DNA of 64,000 nucleotides from Proteromonas lacertae (taxonomy: Eukaryota), in the NCBI GenBank assembly GCA_002245135.1, contig NGBS01000584.1:1-64000 (forward strand). The letters are read 5' to 3'. The position numbers were made by a program, and so were the translations under genes. The notes beneath the pieces are model-generated. The model saw only the letters and a program-made list of their open reading frames with translations. It had not been told where the DNA came from and did not search any database. Positions 28,598-39,870 of the stretch are shown here, in pieces (within the stretch, counting starts at the first letter, position 1; the number at the start of each line of letters is the position of its first letter).

Positions 28598-28988
28598 TTA
28601 ACTATTACGACTATAATCTGATGACATTAAGTCTTTATCTCTTTTTAAGTAATATTGATCAACACCGAATTTTTCTAATGTATAACTTCCATTTAAATCG
28701 CATGATGTTTGTCTGAGTGAAGCAGTTACTTGTGTCTTTTCTTTTAATCTAAACAACAATAAAACCAGAAAAATACTGTTTTAGTTCTCTCTGCATCTCA
28801 TCAATTTTCTTTTCTCTTAAATTGTGTCTATCATCATAAGTTTCATTGCATTCAGTTCCAAAAAACACTGGATTCCAAGTATGTTGCCATTCACCCACAG
28901 AATTAAATTCTTTCTTTAAACGTTGTGTCCAATTTCTATCGACATTCACTGGTGTTTCTTTTAGTGGTTTTTCGGCCTGAGCTGACAT
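28598..28988 (-). CDS. Small protein, possibly C20orf85/C2orf50-like ciliary protein
   Basis: Two exons (intron ~28749-28776). VDRNWTQRLKKE...EWQHTW resembles the D..W....KE....W...W pattern of that family. Confidence 0.4.
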
Positions 28989-29072
28989 TAAAAATTATTT
29001 TTTATTAAAAAAACGACTAAAAATATTTGGCTTGATTTTAATATTTTTTTTAACTGTTTTAATTCAAAAGCA

Positions 29073-29870
29073 ATGTCGGATCAATTTATTATGAATGGTA
29101 AAGTGTATAATGCTACTCATCATGATGTTGAATATGATGATGAACAAGACTCAGACTACAATACTGCGAAATCAATATCATTTTTTCATCCTTTAAATGT
29201 TATTATAATCTTCTTAATTATGTAATCTGCAAGAAATGAAGATGAGGTGAATGAATTTTATTCAGAAGTTGAAGATTTTTTAAATAAACCTCCTCCTTCG
29301 TATTTACATATTTTATAATGTTATATTATTAGTCTAAAATTGCCTGGTGAAGTATCCAAAAATAGTAAAAGACAAACTAAACCACAGAATAAAATAAACA
29401 ACCCTCCACCTCAATCTCGACCAAAAGTTAAAGCAGTTTATTCTAATATCGATGAAAATTTACTGGATGAAGCATTTAATGTAAATTTACCACCACTACC
29501 AAAATCAAGAGAATCTAACCCAAGAACTTCTCCTATCACATATCCAATGAGACCACCAAAATTGCCACCAGCAGAAGCATTACCAAGAACTAGATCGAAT
29601 AGGTCAAAAAGACATTCTAAAAATGTTGAACAATTGTATGGTAGTAAAACAAGGAAACCTTCTTCAGCTAAATATGATACAAGTACAAGTAATAACAACA
29701 ATGGTAAAAAGAATCCTAATAGAATATCTCTTTCAGATCAAGAAATTAATAATATGTGTAGAAATTTTGAAGAACATATTACATATGATAAACTAAAAAG
29801 ACAACTAGAAGCTTGTAAAAAGAATATTGAGAGGAATGAACAGAGTATTAGAGAAATGATTAATTCTTAA
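29073..29870 (+). CDS. Hypothetical Pro-rich protein with C-terminal coiled coil
   Basis: ATG 29073. Exons include EVEDFLNKPPP and ORF 29340-29870 ending TYDKLKRQLEACKKNIERNEQSIR. The first intron is non-canonical as read. Confidence 0.6.
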
Positions 29871-30011
29871 TCTAATTTAAAAATATCCTATTTTCATATA
29901 ATACACACTATCTATGTTTTTTATTAATATTGTTTGTTGAAATAAGAACAATTTCTTTATCTAGGCTTGAATTCTGCCTCGATTCTATATTTTTTTGTTT
30001 GATTTTTTAAA

Positions 30012-31170
30012 ATGAGTTATAATCATCCTCTTGTTATTGATATTGGAAGCGGGTATATAAAAGTAGGTTTTGCAGGAGATGAAGAACCAAGCGAAATAAT
30101 ACCCAATTTAGTTGGATTACCAAAATATGAAGCATTATCACTTTCTGGAACAGATGCTAATTTGAAAAATGCAAGATTTGTGGGAGAAGAAGCTAATAAA
30201 AATAGAGGACTCTGTTTATTGAGTCATCCTATGGAACACGGAGTAGTGAATAATTGGGATGAAATGATAAATGTTTTAGATACTGTATTTAGCAGTACAA
30301 AGCTTAGATTGAGTCAAGGAAACCATCCTGTGTTATTGACTGAACCAATCCTCAATCCAACATCAAATCAACAAAAATTATATGAAATACTATTTGAAAC
30401 ATTCAGAGTACCTGCACTAAAAATATATCCAAGTGTATATCATATATTCATAATTGTTTTATTCTTAATAGCCTGTATTAAGTCTATATGCAAGTGGAAG
30501 AACTACCGGTACTGTCGTAGACTGTGGAGCTGGTGTCACACAAGTAATGTCCATTGTAGATGGATATTGTTTAAATCCATCAATGGTAAGAATGGATATA
30601 GGTGGAAGAGATATAACTAGATATTTAAAAGACTTATTACGAAAAGATGGATATACATTCACAACAAGTGCAGAATTCGAAATTATTGATGAAATGAAAT
30701 GTAGTTGTTGTGAGTTAGATAATAGAAGTGCAATTCAAAAACAATATATATTACCAGATGGAGTTAAAATAAGTGTATATATTAATATATTTCTAATAAT
30801 CTATTCTAAATAGTTGAAAAGTGATTCAATTAGTGCTCCTTCTGTTTTATTTGAACCATCTCTTATTGGATCAGAAGAAATAGGCATTAGTGGGTGTGTC
30901 ATTGAATCAATTATGAAAAGTGATATAGATTTAAGAAGAAATCTATTTAGTTCAATTGTATTATGTGGTGGTTCGACAATGTTCAAAGGATTTGGTAAAT
31001 TATTATTGGATGAGATTACTAGGAGAGCACCTCCAGATATTGGTATTAGAATTTCTGCACCACCTAAAAGACTGACTAGTGCATGGGTTGGAGGATCATT
31101 ATTAGCATCGTTACCATCATTTTCAGAACAATGGTATACAATTGAAAAGTACCAAGAGAATAAAATTTAG
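30012..31170 (+). CDS. Actin-related protein, centractin/ARP1-like
   Basis: VIDIGSGYIKVGFAG, RGL..LSHPMEHGVV, HPVLLTEP, SLYASGRTTGTVVDCGAGVT, TSAEFEII, IVLCGGSTMFKGFG and IRISAP...WVGGSLLASL; two introns. Confidence 0.88.
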
Positions 31171-31414
31171 AAATCATATATCTAAATATGTTGTTTATTT
31201 GAATATTGTTGTACTTTTAGTTGCTCCATTCCTACATTTCCATCAAAAACACTAGATACTATCATCTTCTTCTAATTTTGTAATAAGTTGTTTGTTATAC
31301 CATATATTTTTCAGCATCGATCAAAATTATTATTTCAAATAAATATTTATATTTACATAAATCTTCACTTCACTAATACTTCGTCTTTCAAGAAAAGAAC
31401 AATTTTTTAGTTTT

Positions 31415-33811
31415 ATGGGTAAGGTAAGATATTATTATGTTTCATAGATATTTCATCATATATTGATCATATCTCTCAGCTACACTCAAAAATATCCTCA
31501 ACTGAATCATCTGATGCTTTATTGGAGTTAGAAAAACTGAGTAATACAGAAATAACTCAAATTGATGGTATAAAAGATGCTACAATAGATTTAACACATT
31601 TATTATCTCTTTTAACAAGCGATGACGAGAAAATCAGAATGTTTTCTGTTAGATGCTTAAAAATTATTGCAAATATCAATAATAGTATAAAGATACTATT
31701 CTATATTTAGATTATTTATCAACTATCCCAGATGACACAATCAAGTCAATTTGTACATTTTGTTCAAGTGAAAACAAGGAACTGTCAATAGAATGCAAAT
31801 TTCTACTCTCCGAACTACTCAAAAGAGAATTATTAGTTGAATTAATCAATGAAACAGGCGTTTTCAATTGTTTATTAGATAGCATTCTCAATAGTACATC
31901 TGATTTGGATTGTATATCAAGTTTAGACTGTTTATACAGTTTATTATCCTTTGAAGAGAATACACAAAAAGTAATTCAATCAAATGTAATAGATATATTA
32001 ATAAAAGGAATTCAATCTGAGAATGAGCATCTTGAAATCAGTTGTATCAGTTTATTTGGTAAATTATCTAACAATATATGTGATTTGTCATTCCAATATA
32101 AAAACTACAATATTGAAGATATATTACTCAATAATATTGTCACTATACCTCCAACACCAACTCCATATACAATAAAACTCCAAACAGGCTCGATATTATT
32201 ATTATCTCGATACAGTAAACCTGAAGAATTAATCAAAAAAATGATTGAAAAGAATATGATTGAAACTTTGAGGAAAATGATGAAAGAATCTGAACAATCA
32301 TTACAATTGGCAATAATGTTTTTATTTATAACAATTAATGAACCAAATGTAAAAAGTATATTATATAAGTATATTGTTATTATTTATAGATGAAATGATA
32401 GATAATATATGTAATAATGAAGTATATCATTTAATCGAAGAATATATCAATGAGAAAGATAATAGTGCAATATTCAATGGATTGCAATTAATTTCAACAA
32501 ATCGTATATATTATTATTATCATTATTATATAGCAAACTGTCAAGCTTTTTATAACAATCAATTAATCGGTATGGTATTTAATGTGTTATTTGAAACAAC
32601 AGATGAATTAATCGAAATATTAATCTTCAATATCTTCTCAACAGTGATAATTAAGAATGAATCAATAATACCAATATTAATAACAGATAAAGTACTTGAT
32701 AAAATGATAAAATGTTTAACTAACACTTCATCTTCACAACAGTTAAGAGAAATATGTTCAAATCTATTATGGAGTAGTTCAATTGATAAAACAGTTCAAG
32801 AAAATCTATTGGAAGATGAAATCATTGATATTTTAGTAAAAGGAATAAGTGATGAAAATATTTCCTATCGAACTTATTGTCTAGGAACTTTAGCTCAAAT
32901 TGCATCCTATTTTCAAGTTAGAAGTATATTAACAAAGCCAGAGAATTACCAATTATTATATAATAATATTAAAGAACATGGTAATCCAGATTTACAGTTT
33001 ACTGCATTTCAATGTATTGGTAATTTAATTACAAGTATGTATTATATTTATTGTATTATATTTAATTTATATGATAGATACTAATTTGGATGACGTTTAT
33101 TCATCAGAATTATTGTCATATTTAGTAGATCATATAGAAAAAAGAGAATTAAGTTATCGATTATTCTCTTATTCATTATTATCCAAATTCTTGGTTTTAA
33201 GTAATATTAAAAATGAATTAAAAGATAAGATTATTCCAGCATATCAAAAAGCAATAATTGATAAAGACAATACAATCAAAAACTTAGCTTTAAATTCGTT
33301 ATGTTATATTAGTAATAGTTATCCAGAAGTAATTCCATCATTTTTAGAATGTTTTATTAATGGACTTAAAGATAATAATCCAACCTTTATAACAAACTGT
33401 GCTCAAGCCTTATGGAATTTATCATTACCAACATCCAATCAGAAATTGATTAGATCATATGGTGGTTTATTCGTATTATTATCTCGTTTGAATCATCCTG
33501 ATTTGTTAGTTAAAGAGAATGTTTCTGGTGTTTTAACAAATATGACTCAAGAAGAAGATTCTAGAGAATGGTTATATGAAAGAGGAATAGTTAAAATGAT
33601 GATTAATTTGTTGAATAATAAAGATATAGAGATTATTAGAAATGCTATTGATATTTTAGTTCATATGACTCTTCATGAAAGAGCATTTGCAGAAATGAAA
33701 AGCAGTAACTTATTAGAGCAAATAAAGCTAGTCAAAGATTATGTATCTAATTCTGATGAAGAATTGGTATTTTCATTAAACAACTTGGAAGTCACTTTAA
33801 CTAAAAAATAA
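31415..33811 (+). CDS. Armadillo/HEAT-repeat protein
   Basis: ATG G plus a 30-nt intron, then ARM-like units (CAQALWNLS...YGGLFVLLSRL...ENVSGVLTNM; AFQCIGNL) across ORFs 31522-33811 joined by short introns. Confidence 0.8.
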
Positions 33812-33936
33812 TAAATATATATGATATAACTATATTCTAAATATACTTTATTACTCATTATATGTTTTGTATAGAGAGAAAAACTCAACTCCAAATTCAA
33901 AATTCAAACGGCTATATTTTATTATTTTGTTGTTTT

Positions 33937-35938
33937 ATGAATAATCTAGAATATATTTCATATCAGTTATTTGCTATATACTGTCCAGATGACTTTAGAG
34001 AACAGAAAATAAAAGCTATATCATGGAATGACTTTTTGAATTTTTCAAAAGACTGTCAAGCACTTCCCCAGTCGAAAATTGAAAGAATATTCATTGATTC
34101 TATTCAAAAATATCCAATAAGATCAAAAGATGTTAAGGGAGATATGACATTTGAAGCATTTTACTATTCTATTCAGCAAATGGCAAAATCAGTGTATCCA
34201 ACGTTTTCTACACCATGTACAGAATTTGTAAATCATTTTTTAATACCTCTACTTATTATACATGGTGAAAATGAAGAAGGAGCTAATTTGTTAGAGTTAT
34301 TAAAACCAATGTTGATGGTATATTCAAATTGTTTAAAGCAATTATACAATCATTTTAGAGTATTTTTTATTTGCTGTTATATTATTGTGTAGATTGGCCA
34401 AAGACAAATGGAAGAAGGGTTAAGCTTAAATAATTACGTAAATATGTTGAGAAGAATAGAAATATATCCAAGTCAAATACAACATAGAGAAATAAACAGA
34501 ATATTCAACGAAATATTAAAATATTTCCCCAAACAGAAACAAACTGTTCAAAACTCAAAGAAAACAATAAAATCAAAGTATATTATTATATGATTATGTT
34601 TATATTTCTAATTAATAATAGTTTTCATTATGATCCATATTTTGATAAAAAGATCTTGATGAATAAATCAAAATCAGTTCCATCATTATCTTTTGAACAA
34701 TTCATTTACAGTTTAGTTTTGATATGTTTGTTAATATACTCCAGAGGTCCTTATAAAAATAAAATAGGTTATACAGAACCAAAAGAAAGGATGAACGCAT
34801 TTATAATAGATTTAAAAAGAGGATATAGATTAGTATTTCAAACAAATCTAGTGGCAAATGAAAGAAAATCATTGAAAAGTAGGATAGAAGAAAATGAACT
34901 ATTGTTTCATAAGAATTTTGTTGATACATTAGCAAATAATGATAAATTAGAAAGTCTGGATGAATATATGAATGACAAAGAAGAGGAATTGAATAGAACA
35001 ATAAATGACGAAACTCGTATAAATTGTTATATTTATATTATGATATAGTTGACTTATACTCTTATTCACCTCACAAACATAAGATTTTCAACCACTCAAA
35101 TACAAAGTATTCATCTTTATTATCTTCATCATTATTATTGAATAAGAAATATAAATATCATGATTATGAAGATAGTAATTCAAATTATAGTTCAAATCAA
35201 AGTTCAGATTCAGAACAACCAACAAATAATGATTCTTATTACACATCTTTTTATATAAAACCATTACCTAAAGATTCAAATAATACATCATTAAGTAAAA
35301 GTCAGAATAGTAAAGATATATCATCATCATATGACTCATCAGCATCAACTTCTAATTCTTCATCATTCCAATCTAAAACTTTATTAAATAATGATAAATT
35401 CAAACCAAAAGATATATACACAAGTTCAATATTAACACCAACAGAAGAATTATCAAGTGAATCATCTGATTCAAATGAGCTTGATAATCCTGTTAATTTA
35501 TATGATAATAAAAAGACTTATCAACCACACTATGATAGTTACAATAAAACATATTATTATGGTGATGATGATGATGATGAGGAGGAGGAGGAGGAAGGTA
35601 ATAAGAAAGATAATGTAGAAATGAATTTTGCTGAGAATTATGATGAAGATTCTTGTAATTTATGTAACAGCAAAAAGCCATCTTCTTACTATTCCTCACA
35701 AATTAATTCTTTTGGTGATGTTAATGATAATGTAAATGATGTAAATGATGAATATAGTTTAAGTCCAAGAAGTAGAAAAGTATATTTTTATATATATTTA
35801 TTTGTATAGATGCATAGTTATTGTGAAAAGAATAAAAGTAGTAGTTTTAATAATTCTGTATATTTAGATTGTGAAGATCTAAAAGCAAATATACGAAAAT
35901 CTGAAGAATTATTAAAACAATTAGAGAAATATAACTAA
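33937..35938 (+). CDS. Hypothetical protein, degenerate EF-hand-like N-terminal half and Ser/Asp-rich C-terminal half
   Basis: ISWNDFLNFSKD, MTFEAF, LSLNNYVNML and LSFEQFIYSL repeats; GT-AG introns link ORFs 33862-35809; the last exon ends at TAA 35936-35938. Confidence 0.65.
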
Positions 35939-36030
35939 ATTATATATATATATATTCTTTTTTATTTATTTTAATCAAATATAATCTATCAATAATATAA
36001 AATTAAAAAATTAACTAATTATATTTATTA

Positions 36031-36269
36031 TTAACAACATTTCTTTGTCTTCTCTGGAGTAGGAGATATTGGACTTATTGCTACAGTTTGCCCACCTATT
36101 TCTTGAGTTAATTTAATCTGAAATTCACTAATAACAATAATAGAATAACAGAATAATACGCTTGTGGAGAAACTTCCAAATTACTAATTATTTTTTGACA
36201 CATTTCATCGAAGAGTGTGATGATATTTATATCTTCTTTTGCACTTACTGAATAAGAATTCTATATTAC

Positions 36270-36311
<42 letters not shown>

Positions 36312-36839
36312 ACAATATTATTTACACTACACCATTTTTTAACTATATCTTGTGAAACAATAACATTTGGTTTATCATCGCATTTGTTTCCTGCTAAATA
36401 TATCGGCAGTGTTTCTATTTCTGTTGCTGATAACTATGGTTTAATGTTATTAAATATCTTGATATTATACAGTTGATCTAAATTCGCTTAACCATGAATC
36501 AAGTGCATCAAAAGTTGATTGATCTGTTTCATCATATACTAATAAACATGCATCAGAACCTCTATAGAATGATTTAACTACACTTCTGTATCTTTCTGTT
36601 CCTGCTGTATCCCATATCTAAAAATATAAAAATCACTAATACTTGAATAGCGTATGTTCTTCCTTCCCATTCATAATTCTTTGTAAGTAAATCTGTCCCA
36701 ATTGTGGCTTTATATGCAGTCTGAAAGGTTCCTTCACAATATCTGTTGATTATTGATGTTTTTCCAACACTATTAACAAATTACTAAATTCAAAATACTT
36801 TTTTTCTCCAATAACAATAATTTTGAATAAATCTTTCAT
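36031..36839 (-). CDS. Rab-family small GTPase (missed by ORF track)
   Basis: Spliced: FKIIVIGEK.VGKTSII, YKATIGTD, IWDTAGTERY, FYRGSDACLLVYD, AGNKCD, SVSAKE and C-terminal KKCC* (prenylation signal). Confidence 0.92.
36271..36309. repeat. (TA)n microsatellite in Rab intron
   Basis: About 19 TA units. Confidence 0.9.
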
Positions 36840-36992
36840 CTCTGCTTATAGAAAAATGAGATGAAAGAATTAAAAGTTTGAAGAAGCTTGTGATATTTTT
36901 GAAAATAATGTTATTGATTACAGAAAATAAAGCCACAAAGAGATTTATATTAAGCGAGCAATATAATAATAATAATAAGTATTAGGTTTATT

Positions 36993-37943
36993 CTATACAG
37001 AAGTAGTTAGAAATCTGCTTTTAACTTCTGCAAATGATAAAGGAAAGAATACTCCTTTATATTCATCTTTAACCATGACTATAGTAATTAGTTTTTAGTA
37101 TATTATACATATAGGAGGTATTTCATCATCATCATTTATGTACCGAATAGTTTCTTGCATTATAGGTGATAACAGAATAGTTGTGATGTTTATACGACTT
37201 AATGAATCATTTACTAGCATTTTGTCAATCAATTCTTGAATTCTTGCATCGTAGAAGGCAGGTATTCGAGGAGAAGAGAGTCTCATCAAATCTAATATTT
37301 CAGGAATACTTTCAGCATAATAAGGAGGTCTTAAACTACACATTTCTTGTAAAACACATCCTAAAGCCCAAATGTCGACATTATGAGTATAAGTCATTCC
37401 TTGTAAAATTTCAGGAGCACAATAGATAGGACTTCCTACTTGAGTTGCAGTAGCTACTTCTACAACTTTTGATAAACCAAAATCAGTCAAAATACACTCA
37501 TTTCCAGCACTTATTAGAATATTAGCAGGTTTAATATCCCTATGAATGATATTTCTACTGTGTACATAATCCAAAGCGTATAATAAGTGTAAAAAGAACC
37601 TCAAAATGGTCTAATTGGAAAATGATTGAATGTATATATATACTCTCTGATCTAAATACAGTCTATTTTCTCTTGCAATCCTTATAATATGTGATAAATT
37701 GCCATGTGGACAATATTCAGTGATAATAAAACAGTGAGATACCGTCATCCAAGCAGAATGGAAGTGGATCACATACCTAAACGATAGTTTACGTAATATA
37801 TCAATCTCATTTTGTGATTCTTCACTCAAGTTCACTTTTTTTAACGCATAAAATACTCCTCTTTTTATAACTTTGTAAATCACCGAATTAAGTGATTCAT
37901 ATGAGATTGAATCAACAATATAGTCACCAAATGTAGTATTCAT
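36993..37943 (-). CDS. NEK-like Ser/Thr kinase A (degenerate Gly loop)
   Basis: [39 protein letters not shown] and DIWALG; introns 37611-37643 and 37079-37108. Confidence 0.88.
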
Positions 37944-38801
37944 AGCAGAATAAATTTTATATGTAAAATGGAAATGTAAACAATACGTCACTTTTTACGA
38001 ACTGTTTGAGATTTAACAATCGAAAAAAAGAACATTGTTCAATTTAAAAATTATGTATGCAAACCCCATTATGGCTATTTTAACGCTAATAGAAACAATT
38101 ATTTTATCAAAGAAAATCATAGTTATCAAACAATTATAAATTAAATTATCCATTGCAAATTTAAGCAGTCAAATGCAATAATTGTTGTGTTTCTAATGAA
38201 CTTACTTCTATAAAAGAGAATATAGATAAAAATTTATACCTTTAAACCCATTTGCTTCTTTCTTCATAACTATTGAATTATAAATGAACATATGGATATG
38301 ATATATATATATAATACATATTGGAACAAGATTTAAGTTTTCTGTCTCAAATTGTGACATTTGTTTCAACAATGGTGTTTGTAATATCGAAACAACATCT
38401 GGACGTGATAAAGAATCAACTGTTAACATTTTGTCAATCAATTCTTGAATTCTTGCATCGTAGAAGGCAGGTATTCGAGGAGAAGAGAGTCTCATCAAAT
38501 CTAATATTTCAGGAATACTTTCAGCATAATAAGGAGGTCTTAAACTACACATTTCTTGTAAAACACATCCTAAAGCCCAAATGTCGACATTATGAGTATA
38601 AGTCATTCCTTGTAAAATTTCAGGAGCACAATAGATAGGACTTCCTACTTGAGTTGCAGTAGCTACTTCTACAACTTTTGATAAACCAAAATCAGTCAAA
38701 ATACACTCATTTCCAGCACTTATTAGAATATTAGCAGGTTTAATATCCCTATGAATGATATTTCTACTGTGTACATAATCCAAAGCGTATAATAAGTGTA
38801 A
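37218..38801. repeat. 375-bp perfect direct repeat (37218-37592 = 38427-38801)
   Basis: Base-by-base reading shows no mismatch at offset 1209; the flanks diverge abruptly. Confidence 0.9.
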
Positions 38802-39122
38802 CAAATACCTAATAATTGTCGTTTGTGTCAAAAATAATCCATTATTCTTGGCTGTACGAAGTATATGACCTAAGTCACCATGTGGACAATACTCTGTAAC
38901 TATAATCAACTCACTTTTTGTTGACCAAGCTTCATAATAATGCACCACATAACGGTCTGATAAAGAACTTAATATCTTTGCTTCTTTATACACATTTTCA
39001 ATATCTCTTTCGTTAATTTGGACTATTTTAGCTGTATACAATCTTTCACGACGCTTTATCAAATATACCTTACCGAAATGCCCTTTACTTAATTCCTTGA
39101 TAATTTCATAATCATCTAACAT
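38161..39122 (-). CDS. NEK-like Ser/Thr kinase B
   Basis: [45 protein letters not shown] and APE; two 3' introns lead to the stop at 38161-38163. Confidence 0.9.
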
Positions 39123-39870
39123 TTATCTGTAAAATAAAACAGAAAATGAAAGATAGATTCAAAAATAGATTCAGTAAAATACTTTATTTTTTTTGGAGGT
39201 AAGTAGTTTACTCTTTCTTTACAATGTTAACAACATAGAATCATATGCTTGGGTAAGAAAATTTGTATAATCCAAGGATTTAACAAAGCGCTCTAATTAG
39301 AAGATTAGAATCATTTTGTTAATTCAAAAACACTTTTAATTTTATGTCAACGTATCACTCAGACAAGCGTAAAAATTCAACCCTCATCATTGTCTATCCA
39401 CTACCTCATTTTATTGAAAAATAGAATAAACACATAATAATCAAAGAAAACAATATCTATAGTGATTAATCTCTCACCTCAGAATCTAAGATTGTATGAA
39501 AAGATTATTTATAGAAAAGATTCTGATGAGCAAGCTTGACAGGTTTGAACAAAATTTGAAAGATATGATTGAGAATTTTAAAAAATAACTTCATAACTAA
39601 GATTAACTAATAATGAAAAATTGAAATATGCAAAAGCAATAGTGATAAGTTAATTATAGAAGGATAGAAGAATGGAAGGTTTGATAAAAGTTTGACAACA
39701 TCACATCAGATCCAAAAATGATTCTTTTTCATATTAAATTTCTATTTAAAAAATCAACTGTAATTCTCAAGTGATTCAATCAAAAATGTATGACGATATT
39801 TTCAGCGTGTTTCTCTTATAATGCTTTATATTCCACTATATTATTCTAATATTTTTATAGAACCTATAAA

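Noticed and set aside
29175..29225. U12-type (AT-AC) intron suggested by ATATCATTT and TTCTTAAT
   Set aside because: The donor does not match ATATCCTT and no suitable AC acceptor restores the frame.
31171..31414. Small minus-strand ORF between the ARP and ARM genes
   Set aside because: It is short with no recognisable motif; the region is better explained as the ARP 3' end (TGTTTGTT at 31289) and the next promoter.
37202..38638. Duplicated plus-strand ORFs 37202-37429 and 38321-38638 as a small gene family
   Set aside because: They are the antisense read of the identical kinase tract.
39123..39870. Unusually long (~750 nt) intergenic gap as host of an ncRNA or element
   Set aside because: No convincing ORF, terminal repeats, tRNA/snoRNA boxes or stable hairpin were seen; only promoter-like motifs.
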